A model generated the notes under the pieces. That model made no database searches. It was given only the letters and a program-made list of their open reading frames with translations, and was not told the DNA's origin. 64,000 nt of DNA from Octopus sinensis. Its lineage: Eukaryota. The DNA lies in the NCBI RefSeq assembly GCF_006345805.1, contig NC_043002.1, positions 54,684,001-54,748,000 of the forward strand, in the 5' to 3' direction. Shown piece by piece: positions 39,801-53,159 of the stretch. Made by a program: the position numbers and the translations under genes. Positions within the stretch are counted from its first letter, which is position 1, and each line of letters begins with the position of its first letter.

Positions 39801-42800
39801 TCTATATATAATAGGGGTAAGCCATATACCTCTTCTACAGCCACACACTTGTCCCTCTACTTTACTTCAGCCTCTCAAATATTCCCTATTTAGGAGTGGA
39901 AACTTTTTCTTCTCACTGCTCTTCTTCCGTCACACAATGTTACTAGTGCTAGGAGCATGTAAAAAACACCCAGTACAAGTGGTTGGCATTAGGAAGGGCA
40001 TCCACAGAAACCATGCTGAAACTGACATTAGAGCCCTACACAGCCTTGCAGCTCACAAGATCCTATCAAACAATTCAACCCATGCCAGCATAGAATGTAG
40101 ACATTAAATGATGATCATAAATATATTATATATATTTATGCATTATATATCCCTACCATAGTAAACATGAAGAGAAAGTCAGCTTGCACAGCATACAGAA
40201 ACCACACACACACACAGTGTAGTAAACACAGATGAATCAAGTTTCAACATGAATCTGTTTTAAAACATTACACAGAATTATCTAGCCGGATATTGTTAAA
40301 ATACATAAACAATCCTAAGATTTTTCTTTAGCTGTTCTGCATCAATTTTACCTTAATATTAATTGATATTGAAAATCAATGGCAAATGATAAATATTTAT
40401 ATCTTATTATTGTCATCTCTGCAGGTCCAGTCCATTGGTTTCAAGGTTGTTCTTCACCCACCTATAGTTATCCAATTGTTTCCTCCTCCCACTGCTGCTA
40501 ATGCGCAAGTGAAAGCTAATTTTACATACAACAAAGCAGGCAGATTGAGGTCATTTATCTAGTACACTTACATCAAATAATCAATTGGAAATTTCAAATT
40601 GGGACCTGGAAGTGGAACACCTAACTCCAAAGTCTTGCATTTCTTTTCCAGTCATACATGCTGTCAATATTTACAAAGTCTTCATACTTATAATTTTATG
40701 ACCCCTACCATTTCTATCCCAACAGTCAGAAGGAATTAGTTTTACGTGGATTGTAAGGAGTACAGAACACTTTCATATCTACAAGAGATCCTTAAAAAGC
40801 AAAAACAAATCCTGGGTAGTTCTCAATTTCCTTAAGGACATTGAAACGAAACCCATGACTGGTAACATTCCATTTCTGCTAAATGCAGTGCTCTGGGTAA
40901 ACAGTCAGTGAAGTTCAGCAGACATGTTCCCTAATCACTTGATGTCCAATCAAACCACTGACTTTAGTATTTATTTTGATAGTGTAAGAGCTAAATTTTG
41001 CAGGCCAAAATTGGATCAAGTCCAATCTAATATATGGTAATTATTCCATAAAATGAGGTCACTACATTGAAGGAGTAAATCAGAGAGTGGGATGTCAGTT
41101 AAAATTTAAGCATTTCATTGTCATCTCATTCATGTCTACTTTTCTGTGCTTTTATGGATCTGATGGAGGGGATTGATCTTCTATGGCTGGATGCCCTTCC
41201 TGTCTCCAACCCTCACCCATGTCCAGACATGTTTACATGAAAGACTGAAAGTGAATGACACTGCTTGTATGACAGTGACACTCATTTACAACTATCATGC
41301 AATGTTAAGACAAGGAGACACAAACACACACAAAACATGCTTCTTTTAGTTCAGTGTCATTCAGTGGGAATAAAGGAATGAACCTGAAACCATAATGGGG
41401 GGTGGGGGAGCGAAGTTCTTAACTGAGCCATTAATTAATATTATTAAACATAGGTGCTGACATGGCAAGAAGTTTGCTTCTTGACCACATGGTTCCAGGT
41501 TCAGCTCCATTCCAGGTCACCTTAGGCAAGAGACTTCTACTACAGCCTCAGGCCAACCAAAGCCTTATCAGTGGATTCGGTAGATGGAAACTGAAAGAAT
41601 CCCATCGTATATACAATTATGTCACCATTACTTGACAACCAGTGTGTTTGTGCTTTACATCTCCATAACTTAGCAGTTCAGCAAAACACATTGATAGAAT
41701 AAGTGGCAGGCTTAAAAGAAAAAAAATGAAGTCCTGGGGTTGATTCGTTCAACTTAAATTCGTCAAGAGGTGCCCCAGCATGACCGTAGTCTTATAACTG
41801 AAGTAAGTAAAAGACAATTGAGATAATTCTTTGGAATGTACATTTTTGTCAGTTGGCTTTGTATTGCTATTAATGCGTTTTATCCTTATTTTACTGATGA
41901 AAAGAGGGAAACCAGATCCATTTTGGTAAGATTTTACCTCAGAACAGAGGTATTTCATGCACTGCTTTACCATTTCTGCCAACACAGCTACAAAACAACG
42001 AATTTATAAGACAGGAGAATAAGACTGTGTGATGTTCATGCCTATTTTCAAGGGCATGGACAACTTAGTAAATAAAGTGGTTGCTGCCAGCAATCAAAAA
42101 TGAATGAACAGTGGAGCCGCTAAGTTACGGGGATGTGAACACACCAATACCGGTTGTCAAGCTACGATAGTGGACAGACACAAGGACACACACATATAAA
42201 TACGACGGGCTTCTTTCTATTTCCGTCTACCATATCCACACACAAGGCTCTGGTCGGCCTGAGACTATAGAAGACACTTCCGTAAGGTGCCACGCAGTGG
42301 GACTGAACCTGAAACCATGTGATTGGAAGCAAACTTCTTACCACACAGCCACGCCTACTGTCAGCCGGAAGTGGCCTCTGACGAAGAAAAATAAACAATG
42401 TCAAAAACTAAAACACCTAATTAGCTTCCTCTTTAACTCTGAGCAATTAACAACCAAGTGGGCGTTCCTTGCATTAATCAAGTCGCTTCTTTACGTTAAA
42501 AAAAAAAAAAGAAAGAAAAGAAAAAAATGGCCACTTCTTCCCGCGGCAGAGGTCTGGAATAGGTCATCTACATAAGATGGATTTTCTCCGTTTTGACAGA
42601 GATTTTTCAAACCATAACAAAAGATAATCAGAACTACCAAAGTTTTATAGAAAATACAGTTGCACAGGAATAGCGATACTTCTTGTAGGAATCACTAAAT
42701 GAGAAGTTAGTCATATAAATAATGGTCTAGATTGAAGTCATGATATCCGAAACGGGAAAAGATGACAGGGAGAGGGACCGCCCGAAAGTTATGAGAAAGG

Positions 42801-43211
42801 AAGGGAGGGATTTTACACAATTAGAAGTTCAGATATTATCTCGTGGTTTGTATTATTACATTAATACTGACGACATAGGTTGAGGGAAGGGACTAGAATG
42901 GTTATAATATATTTTATGAAAGAAACGGTGAAGCACGTTATGTTATCTAAAAATAATTGTTCAAGTTTGCGTATATATATATATATATATATATAAAGGG
43001 TGACCCCCCTTCGGTCATGAATAACCATAGGATTGCACCTGGAAAGTTACTCCGAAGCACAAATCCGTGCAAGGTTGTTTATGGAAGACCAGCAGTCGCC
43101 CATACATACAAGCCTCCCCTGTATATATGTATATACACACACACAACTGGAGGAGAACGAACTTTACACTGTACTCTATGTTCTTAACAGAATATACCAT
43201 AACTCTCTCTC

Positions 43212-43281
<70 letters not shown>

Positions 43282-44592
43282 GGTAATTAAAAAGTTGCCA
43301 TACAGAAGAATTTATTTTTTTATAAGAAAGTTGTTGTTTTTTTATTTAACTGTTTCTTATTTAAAAAATACATTTTTCCTATGTATGGTGACTTTTGAAT
43401 CACCCTGTATATATATATGTTTCAGTCACTAGACTGCAGCCATGCTGGGGCACCGCTTTGAAAGAATTTAGTCGAGAGAATCGACCCCAGTACTTATTCT
43501 ATCAAACTCTTTCGTCTAACTGCCAAGTTACGGGGACGTAAATACACCAACACCGGTTGTCAAGCAGCTACAGGACACACGAGGGGTTTTCAATTTACGT
43601 CTACTGGTATTCTTCCGTTAGAAAGAGCACGCCCTACCAAATTCACTCGAGGTTTTGATCAGTCCGAAGCTATAATAGAACACATTTGTCTAAGGTGTAA
43701 TGCAGTGGGATCGAACTCAGAATCATGAGCTTGAAAAGCAAACTTCTTTCTACACAGCCACGCTTGCGCATCTGTATTTCAGAGGTATAGTTGGCAGGCC
43801 ATGGATTTGATTTGAGGCCATGCATTGAAACCAAAACAATTAGAATGGAAGACACACAACCATTGAAAAATAGCCAAGTGAAACCATGTCGGTGACAAGG
43901 TCCTAATTGGCGCAATGAACATTTTGCCACCAAACACTGTTAAAAGGGAAGTTAAAACAATGTGCTTTTGAATGGCTAATATGCGTTTTCCACAATTGTG
44001 TTTGTGTGTATGCATGTATATATATATATATTTATATATATATATACATACACACACACACCATTTAGTGTAGATGTAAAGAAAGCATTATTGTAGTATT
44101 AGTTAAATAACAAAGGAATAAATTAATGATCTGATCCAAAAATTGGAAACAAAGGTAATTAAAAAAAGAGAAACCCTTAATAATAAAATGGTTTTAAGGA
44201 GACTTCACAAATGACCGACCATGTTTTTTTTTTTATTTTGTAATTCTATTATATATTTATACACACACTGGCAATAGATAGCAAAAATACCCGTTTTATA
44301 GTGAAGGCGCGAAGATTTTGTAGAAAAAGGCTGTGAAAAAATACAAGGGAATACTTAAGGAATTATAAAATCATCAAATATCGTATATGAAAAATAAATT
44401 TTGCAAAATAATAAAGTAAAATGAAATAAATAAGGGAGAGAGCAGTAAGAATCACAATATTAAACACAACAAAGTCTTTTTATATTAAAACATTTCAACA
44501 GAAAATGATAAACAGGAAAAAAAAAATAAAATATAAAATATGAAAGGATACCAGCACCAAGGTTTCAACTGCTTCTTCTTTTTCCGACCCAT
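23710..44592 (-). CDS. ZNF207: BUB3-interacting and GLEBS motif-containing zinc finger protein ZNF207/BuGZ, complete spliced CDS (9 exons, 1158 nt, 385 aa)
   Basis: Phase-consistent exons 44552-44592, 36080-36206, 35095-35227, 33521-33739, 32324-32351, 31869-32025, 29495-29716, 27316-27406 and 23710-23849. They translate [60 protein letters not shown]...[11 protein letters not shown]...KPLFP...[21 protein letters not shown]...AGRF*. This is the recognisable ZNF207 N-terminal zinc fingers, Pro-rich region and GLEBS motif. Confidence 0.97.
25990..26560 (+). mobile_element. Decayed RTE-like LINE 3' fragment
   Basis: Remnant motifs [10 protein letters not shown]...LQRLE...WMSNVS and W.RHVM. Confidence 0.6.
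27316..27406 (-). CDS. ZNF207: ZNF207 exon 8 (second half of GLEBS)
   Basis: 91 nt; [30 protein letters not shown]; ttttatag acceptor, gtcagt donor (an alternative same-phase gtatga donor lies inside). Confidence 0.88.
29495..29716 (-). CDS. ZNF207: ZNF207 exon 7 (first half of GLEBS)
   Basis: 222 nt; [15 protein letters not shown]...[12 protein letters not shown]; gtgagt donor; a second AG lies 6 nt inside the exon. Confidence 0.93.
31869..32025 (-). CDS. ZNF207: ZNF207 exon 6
   Basis: 157 nt; [10 protein letters not shown]...[13 protein letters not shown]; tttgcag acceptor, gtaagc donor. Confidence 0.92.
32324..32351 (-). CDS. ZNF207: ZNF207 exon 5 (28-nt microexon, [10 protein letters not shown])
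   Basis: Strong pyrimidine tract plus gcag, gtaagt donor; needed to reconcile the phase 1 end of exon 4 with the phase 2 start of exon 6. Confidence 0.88.
33521..33739 (-). CDS. ZNF207: ZNF207 exon 4 (Pro/Gly-rich)
   Basis: 219 nt, phase 1-1; lies in ORF 33432..33746; tag acceptor, gtaagt donor. Confidence 0.92.
35095..35227 (-). CDS. ZNF207: ZNF207 exon 3
   Basis: 133 nt; [44 protein letters not shown]. Confidence 0.95.
36080..36206 (-). CDS. ZNF207: ZNF207 exon 2 (zinc fingers)
   Basis: 127 nt; [42 protein letters not shown]; cag acceptor, gtaagt donor. Confidence 0.97.
38810..39013. mobile_element. Tc1/pogo-type MITE inserted in an RTE-like LINE remnant (about 38700-39190)
   Basis: Imperfect TIRs CAGTAATCCCTCG / CAAGGGATCACTA preceded by TA; flanks read as GHVM and [12 protein letters not shown] motifs. 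Confidence 0.6.
43279..43407. mobile_element. Mariner-type MITE
   Basis: TIRs of about 25 bp, CAGGGTAATTAAAAAGTTGCCATACA / TGTATGGTGACTTTTGAATCACCCTG, next to TA/CA repeats. Confidence 0.75.
44552..44592 (-). CDS. ZNF207: ZNF207 coding exon 1 ([14 protein letters not shown])
   Basis: ATG at 44592, 41 nt, followed by the U12-type donor GTATCCTTT. Confidence 0.97.
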
Positions 44593-44879
44593 TATTATTA
44601 ATAATTTTTAGAGACTTTTGAAGTTATTTCCTGGTTGATATTGAAAAAGACAATAAAACTGAAACGGTTGATGTGAATGTTGGATGAAGAGGGGGAGACG
44701 GACGTCTGGGGAGAAGGGTAATTAATAGACAAAAGCGAGCACAATTGAGGGCCACTGTTGAAGTAGTGTTGTCTAAAGAGAAAAACCACAACTTTATAAT
44801 GTTGTTGTTGGTTATTTAAATCAAATCAAATAAAATAACGAAAGTTTTACACCAAATTTTTTTCAGCTGCGTTTTCTGG

Positions 44880-44980
44880 GGTGAAGAAACCTAAGATGGC
44901 TTCTGAAATAACCCGGATGACGATAATGACAGGAGAGTTCCATACTTCCGCTCACGTAACCGCGCCGTCGCGGTTCTCTC
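44880..44980 (-). promoter_or_regulatory. Probable ZNF207 promoter/TSS region
   Basis: CpG-rich patch about 350 nt upstream of the ATG, with an ETS-type CGGAAGT (44944-44950), a YY1-type AAGATGGC (44893-44900) and a short AACCGCG/CGCGGTT inverted repeat. Confidence 0.6.
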
Positions 44981-45650
44981 CTCTTAATCTCCTATCTACC
45001 CCCTGTCTTTCTCTTTTGTCTCCCTCTCTCTTACATCTCTCCTTCTATCTTATCTCTCTCTCTTCCTCTCTCAGCAGACATCTTTAATAGGAGAAAGAGT
45101 TATATAATTAAAGTCAAAGAATAATTCTTTCTGTTAATGAGATAATCCCTGAAATTTGGGGGGGAGGTGCTAGTCAATTACGTCGACCTCATTGTTCACC
45201 TGGTACTTATTTTTATCGACCCTGAAAGGATAAAAGGCAAAAATCGACGACAGCCAGATTTGAACTCAGGACGTAGAGATGGAAGAAATATAGCTCAGTC
45301 TTTCGTCCGGCGTGCTAACGATTCTGCCAGCGCACCGTCTACCCTATAGCAGGCTTATGTAATTAAAGCTATATAACCCAGTTATATCCGCATAACTGTG
45401 TGTGTATGTGCACTTAATTGATTAGACATTGTTATTTAATTGAAGCTAAAATTTAACGATTACAAGACATAAAATTACTAAGGTCTAAACTTTACTTAGA
45501 CATAAATTGTATTACTTCAGGTTTTGTGTTGAACATATTATTCTCTTGTGGGAAACAATGTGTGTCACGGCCTTCACCCTTTTACGTCCGTGTGTATGTG
45601 TGTGTGTATGTATGTATCAATGTATCTCTCTCTCTCTCTCTGTCTATCTA

Positions 45651-45685
<35 letters not shown>

Positions 45686-46599
45686 CGTTCCTATAGAATA
45701 GTTTTAAATTATATAATGTGCCAAAGACACAATTTCTATGTTTTAAACATCACTGATTACGATTTAAAAGGGGGAAAAAAGGAGAAAAGACGAAAGGAAG
45801 CGAAAATGGGAGTGAGAAGTTGCGGGGAAAATTCCTGCTACTTTTAACGTAATTTTTCAGTTTTGATTTTCCTTTGAAAATGTTTCAGATTTATGCTTTA
45901 ATCAACTGAGGTTAAGATTCTTCAATATGTATTTTTGATTAAAAAAAAAAAACGAACCAAATAAATAAATAGATTAAAAATTTTTAATAATTCAGAAAAA
46001 AATCACAACTTGGGTGAAATGGAGGGGAAGTTTTGTTGTCTGTCACCTTTTTCTTTTTCGCTGTCGTAAAATTAATTTTTTTACTTATTTTTCTTGCTTT
46101 TCTATAAAACCCCATACATGCATACATACATGCATAATCATCATCATCATCATCTCCGCCAACAACATCATCGTCATCATTTAACGTCTCTGTCCCATGC
46201 TGTCATGGATTGAACAGTCGGCAGGTTTCAACGGGGTGCAAGAATTGCATCGTCTTCCCTTCTCTACTTTCGCAATCCCTTCTTCCTTATATTTTTCGTG
46301 CAGGGGATCTTATCCGTTCAAAGATCCCGTGCAGGTGTTAAAGGCTCAAGAGGAACATTAATGGTAACAATCTCATTGGTCTGGGCCATTGGCATTGCCC
46401 CTTTCTTCAGACCCAACAAGTAAAATATACGTGTGTATATGTGTCTGTGCACGTATATATGTACATATGCATGTGTGTGTGTATGTGTAAGCAAATGATC
46501 ATCGTAAGAATTAATTCGTTAAATGGAGTTCAAAAAGACGAAGACATTATATGTATGTATGTATATGTCTTCGTCTTTTGTTTTCCTATAAATTTCAGC

Positions 46600-49375
46600 T
46601 ATATCTTATATGTTCACGTGGTTGCCCCAGTTTTATCTTGCTTTCACTTCCTGCTCTTTGGACTTAACATATCTTAACTACTTTCCGAACTTTCTGTACC
46701 TCTCCTCATCTACATACCAGCACTCCACCTGGATTAGCACTGGATATACCGACTCTACTTTCACAGATTTCACTGAAATTTTTCGTTGATGTAAATCGCT
46801 CCAATCTACCTTGATTTTTGAACTTTAATACTTTGCCTTTCTCTCTCTTTTATTTCCTTTTTTTTCTTCTCTTCTCTTCTCTCCTTTTTTCTTCTCTCCT
46901 CGACTTTTGAACTTTCATACTCCGTACGTTATTACTTGACCTTTCTCCTTTCCTTTTATTTTCCTCTCCTTTTTCCAGCATGCCTAATTACAAATCCTTC
47001 CTCAACACCGTCTAAAGGAACACTTTTCCACGGCTCCTTTCCACTGCCTTCAACCTTCTATTAATCTTTCCCTACTGATTTTCAAAAAGCACGCGCCTGT
47101 GGCCATGTTTCCTTTCTCAGTCACCACCTTCACCACCACCTCGTCCCCAAAGGCTTCCTCCTCCATTTCCACCCCACTTTCACTCTGCTTCTGTCATCCT
47201 ACCCACACTCTGTACTACTTCGTACAGCCTTATGTGTGCCACCATTCATTCTAATATCTCCAAAATACACACCCTCCACTGCCTTCTCCTTCTCGCATAT
47301 TCCACCTTTTTCTCCTGCCTTTCGCCTTCCTATGCACACTCCACTCTATGCTTCATATGCCATTTAAATAATCTTTCCCATGAGCTCCTCACTTGCACTA
47401 AACAACATAAACTCTACTCACTCCTTCATTCTGTCCCACCTGATGCCACTATAGCCATCCCACCCCTCCATCTCCGATCCACCCCCTCATCCTCACTCCC
47501 ACCCTTCCATTACTCTGACCCCTATGCACGTCCTCCTCTCCCTCCTCCCAGCCTTCCACTGCCTCCGCCCCCCCCCATCTAACTTATCCACCCCTCCCCA
47601 CTTCAGTCTGTTGTTACCATTCCTCCTGATCTTCCTCTCTCTGAGGTGAAGCGCTCTCTTCTCAGTAAGGGTCTGCGGTTCATCCCCTTCACTTCATCCA
47701 GTAACAAGTTTCAGACCCATGCTGATAGTCATAGCTTTGTGCACCACATCAGGCTTTATGCACTTTTCCACAACACTCCACCTACATCTAATGAAGAGGA
47801 CTGCTTCACCGACCTGGGCCGTTGACCACCCCACTGGCCAGTTCCAAGCAGTTGATCATTTTGGAAGCGTCTGCCAACATGTGAACTGGTTCAACTTTCG
47901 CAGGTGTCCCCAACAACTCAACATCTCCCCGGCTGAACTCTTGGCATTCTGATGTCTCTGTCGCCAAAAACATGTTGTCATAAAACCAGCCAACAAGGGT
48001 GGAGCTGTGGTGTGCAGATCTCTACAAGGCTGAAGCTCTCCACCAACTTCAAGACACCTCTTTCTATTACCCTCTGCCCTCCAACCCCATGCCTAACTAC
48101 CAAGAGACTGTATCCTCCCTATTCATGACCTCATTTCCTCCTCCTGTCTCCCTCTCACTGCCTCCAACTTCATTATCCGCACTCCATGCACCCGCACCAT
48201 TTACTTCCTTCCCAAAATCCACAAGCCCAACAACCCTGGCTGCCCCATCATCTCTGCCTGCAACTGCCCTATGGAATTGATCTCTATATGCTTCGACCGT
48301 GTCCTTGCCCCCCAACTGGCTTCCCTCCCCATGCTCACCATCTCTTTAACTCTTTCTACTTCTATCCTGGCCTCTCTAAACTTCTCTTCATTCTTGATAT
48401 CAAGAGTCTGTATATGGTGATCTCACACAACAAAGGACTTCTTGCCCTCAAACACTTCCTAGACTTCCGACCCAACCCCCAACCTGAGACCTCCACACTA
48501 CTTTCATCCACTACAAACACACCAACTCACACTCCTACCTTAAATTCTCCTCTTCCCCCTACCCACACCAAGCTCTCCATCTCCTACTCCCAATTTCTCT
48601 GTCTGCACAGCCTCTGCAGTAATAACCATGACTTAGAGACTCAGTCTCAACTCATGGCTTGCTATTTCATCCTTCGTGGATATCTCCTCACCACTATCCA
48701 CACTGTGTTTGCCAGGACATGTTCCATGGACCGTGCCTCTGATCTTTCTCCCCACACCACCCTGCTGTTGCCCATTTCTTGTCTCCCCTCAGTTACCACC
48801 CCTCCAACGCACCGTTCTCCGAGCCTTCCAGTGACTCCAGTCTGACCCTCCACCTTGCACATCTTCCCCACTCTACCCCTTTCCTACTTCAAATGAGCAC
48901 ATAACCTGCATGACTTCTTGGTCCACAGTTTCTTCCACAACACCACCTTCCAGCCTGGTTCCTTCCCCTGCTCCAACCCACACTGCCATACTTGCCCCTA
49001 CCTCTCCAACACCATCACCCTCACAGGCACCCATCATTGTTCCTATCACATCACCAACTCCTTTACCTACACTTCCAGCAATGTCATTTACTGCATCTCC
49101 TGTTCTTTCTTCCCATCCCTGTACACTGGTCAAACAGGATGTCGCTTGGTTGACCAATTTGCAGAGCACCTCTGAGATATCAGACTCAGCAATGACACCC
49201 CGGTCTTGTGCTGTTCCCGCTCTACCAGTCATTCACTACAACATCTGTCTGTGTTCGGACTGTCTTTTCAGAGGGGCGATACAGACTCCTGCCTTTGCTG
49301 TGAACAGGAATTAATCTTCTCTTTTTGCTCCTTTCCACCACATGCATTCAACTCCCCTCCTCTTTTCATCTGACA
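46600..49375 (+). mobile_element. Degenerate Penelope-like element (RT plus GIY-YIG endonuclease)
   Basis: Frameshifted RT motifs (VIKPANKG, IYFLPKIHKPNNPG.PIIS, LFILDIKSLY) and GIY-YIG TSSNVIYCISC...LYTGQTGCRLVDQFAEHL; left boundary approximate. Confidence 0.88.
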
Positions 49376-52300
49376 CCCACTTTGTCAGCTGAGTGAATTA
49401 GAGCTATGTGAAGTGAAGTGCTTAAGAACACAATGCACCACTTGGTCCAGAAATTGAACCTACAATCTGGCAATCATGAATGCAACACCCTTACCACAAA
49501 TAACTTTGGAAGTCATAACTTCCTTTTAAAAAATGAGGAGACCTACTGAGACAAGTACATCAACATCAAAAGGAAATCAAATCACAATCAAATGGAAATT
49601 GTAGTTGTGATCCCTGTGCTGGTGGTATGTAAAAAGCACCATTCGATTGTGGTTGATGCCAGCCCCCTCTGGCCCCTGGGCCGGTGGCACATAAAAAGCA
49701 CCCACTACACTCTCTGAATGGTTGGCATTAGTAAGGGCATCCAGCTGTAGAAACATTGCTAGATCAGACTGGTAGTCTGGTGAAGCCTCCTGGCTTTCCA
49801 GACCCCAGTGGAACCATCCAACCCATGCCAGCATGGAAAACGGATGTTAAACGATGATGATGATGATGTACTGACTGCATGCAATGGCTGCCAGGCTCAA
49901 ATAAGTTACACAGTAAGCATATTCAAACTGTTCTCCCTACATTTGTTTCACTCAAGGGTGTTGTGGGCTGTTTGTGCACTTGCTGAATGAGTCACACAAC
50001 CCATGTTAAGTCATCTCAGTTTTACTTAACTGAAGGACAGATACTGTTTTCTTGCTAACAAATTTTGTAAAAAACAAATCATTGTAATGTTTGACTGACT
50101 TTTGTGACAGTTGTTCTGTTTTCTTTCTTTAAATATCATCATTAAAAATGTCTCTTTAAATGGTGAAACCAACATTTAGCCAATTATGCAATACTGATGA
50201 CATAAATTCTTACACAAAGTAACACTTTAAAAAATTTTTGTGAAATAAATTATTGTTTTTGTGTCTTGTTTCAATAGATGCCAATGAAAATTCCTTCAAA
50301 TCTTTGTCTTTTCTGAAATTTCCTTCTTCACAATGCTGGCAACTGCAAAAGAATTACTAAAAAGAAAGTTATGTATTTCATAATCAGATATGTGTTCAAG
50401 CCCCAGAGTTTTCAAAGAAAAGACCTTAAGTCTGAGTTCTGTTTCTTTACTCCTTTATATGTTTCAGCCCAAAGGCAGTGGCCATGCTGGAGCACTACCA
50501 TTTCTGTTTTATTGCCAATAATTTTTTTCATGAATTTCATCAATAGGAATTCCAGAAATTTGAAAGAATTATGTCCTAATTCTTCTTGAGAATATATGTC
50601 AGTCTTGATAGTCTACCCCCACTGGAGAAAATATTTCAATTATTTCCACCCTGTGTGTTGGCATTTTATCAGAGACTAACAACCAGCGTGAGGTTATCAA
50701 ATGGCATTCATCAGTAAGTCCAATATTTATTGACTGGTTGTGTGGTTGAGAAGCTTGCTTTGCAAGCAGGTGCTCTTAGGTTCAAGCTCACTTTGCAACA
50801 CCTTATGCAGGTGTCTTCTACAATAACCCTGGGCTGACAAAAACCTTGTGAGTGGATTTGGTAAATGGAAACTGAAAGAAGCCTGTAATATATATATATA
50901 CATATATATATATTCTTTTATTCTTTGACTTGTTCCAGTCATTTGACTGTGGCCATGCTGGAGCACCACCTTTAGTTGAACAAATCAACCCTGATCAAAA
51001 GCCTATTCCATTGCACAGTCACCCATCTACAGGTGAATGAACTGCAGCAACATGAAATAAATGGTCCTTGCTCAAGAACACAACGTATAGCAGCTGGTCT
51101 GGGAATCAAAACTACAAGCTCATGATTGTGTGTGGGGGGGGGGAGATGTTTGCTTCCCAACTACATAGTTCTGAGTTCAGTCCCACTGAGTGGCACCCTG
51201 GGGATATGTCTTTTGCTGGAGTCCTGAGCTGATCAAAACCTTTTGAATGGATTTGGTGGAAGGAAAGTGAAGGAAGCCTACTGTGTATACACACACACAA
51301 TCATCATCATCATCATCATCATCATTTAACGTCCGCTTTCCATGCTAGCATGGGTTGGACGGTTCAACTGGGGTCTGGGGAGCCCGAAGGCTGCACCAGG
51401 CCAGTCAGATCTGGCAGTGTTTCTACAGCTGGATGCCTTTCCTAACGCCAACCACTCCGAGAGTGTAGTGGGTGATTTTATGCACGCTAACACAGGTGCC
51501 AGACGAGGCTGGCGAACGGCCACGCTCGGATGGTGTTTTTTATGTGCCACCGACACAGGTGCCAGACGAAGCTGGCAGACGGCCACATACACGCACGCGT
51601 GCATGCACACACACACACACACGTCAAGCAGAGTGAAGTCATAGTCGTGGCCGATGCCAGTGCTATTTGACTGGCACCTGTGCTGGTGGCACATAAAAAA
51701 GCACCATTCAAGGATTGGGCCTTATGGAGGCAGTGGCTTTGACATATACCATGCTTGTGTAGACCTGTCAAGCCAAGTGATACTGTAACTGTGGCTGATG
51801 CCAGTGCCAGGTCAATAGCACTTGTGCCAGTGACACATAAAAAACACCCACTACACTCTCGGAAGGGTTGGCATTAGGAAGGGCATCAAGCTGTAGAAAA
51901 CCATGTCAAATGAGATGAGAACCTGGTGCAGCTCCCCGGGTTACCAGTTTTCAGCAAAACTGTCCAAACCCACGCCAGTATGGAAACCAGACGTTAGATG
52001 ATGATGATGATGATAATGATGATGATGATGATGGGGATGATGATGATACATATCGCATGATTGACCAGACTATCAGATTACGTTATACATTGCTAGTCAC
52101 AATGCGCTTTCCATTGTTTTAGCTTTCGAATGATGCCACGTTGCTGGTTAGGCAGGCTGATCAGAAAGCTATTTGGTCACAGGGATACCCATTTGCAGCT
52201 GTAATGAAAGAAATTGTCTGATGTTGAAACTGAACAATAATATAAATCAAACAAGAAAATGCAGTGGGGGGAGCTGGCAGAAACAGTAGCATGCTGGGTG

Positions 52301-53159
52301 AAATGCTTAGCAGTATTTTGTCTGTCTTTATGTTCTGAGTTCAAATTCCGCTGAGGTCAGCTTTGCCTTTCATCTTTTTGGGATCGATAAATTAAGTACC
52401 AGTTGCATACTGGGGTTGATATAAGCAACTGGCCCCTTCCCCCAAAATTTCGGGCCTTGTGCCTAAAGTTGAAAGGAATATGTATTTTAAAGGCTGTGAA
52501 CTGGCAGAAATGTCAGCATGCCAGGCAAAATGCTTGGCGGTATTTCGTCTGTCTTTATGTTCTGAGTTCAAATTCCACCGAGGTTGACTTTACCTTTCAT
52601 CCATTCAGGGTCAATAAATTAAGTACCAGTTGTGTACTGGGGTCGATCTTATTGACTGACCCTCCCCCAAAATTTAGAGCCTTGAGCTTAGAGTAGAAAA
52701 AAAAATCAAACAAGATGACAACATTTAAATACTGAAACAGAAAGTTTAATAATATTCTAGAGCTAATGGTGGTGGTGGGGTTATGATACAGGGGTGGAGT
52801 ACCAGGTGTGTTGATTTTATTTTATTTATTTTATTGATTCTGGAGAAATGAAAGGTAGGATGTAACGAAATACTGCATAGTGTTCTATCTGATTCTGCCA
52901 AACAACAGTAGAGACAAAGAGAGAAGGACAGAGAGAAAGAGCGAGGAAATGGTAGATAGAGAAAAAAGAGAAAGGGTATTAGTTGGCAGAAACGTTGGTG
53001 GAGGCAGGTGGGGTGGTGGTGGGTGTCGATAATAACAAATACAATAAAAAAACAAAGGAAATCTAATAAAAACTCCAACCGATCTTTCCGTTGATTTAAT
53101 TCTCTGCTGATTTGAAAGCTAAAAAGAGTGAATTTCGTGGGGCGGTGGGGAAACCATAT

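Larger units (their letters stand above)
36207..44551 (-). other. U12-type (minor spliceosome) GT-AG intron 1 of ZNF207
   Basis: Donor GTATCCTTT (44543-44551); branch-site-like TTTCCTTAAAT (36216-36226) just before the AG; no long pyrimidine tract. Confidence 0.92.

Noticed and set aside
24000-44500. Intronic snoRNAs in ZNF207
   Set aside because: No convincing C/D or H/ACA box pairs found by eye; the TGATGA words seen belong to repeat tails
46260-46420. Plus-strand acceptor and short open frame suggesting a divergent gene
   Set aside because: No supporting upstream or downstream exons, weak donor, no protein similarity
50040-50720. Purine-rich minus-strand stretch resembling decayed coding sequence
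   Set aside because: Stops in all frames I tried and no family I can recognise; needs BLASTX
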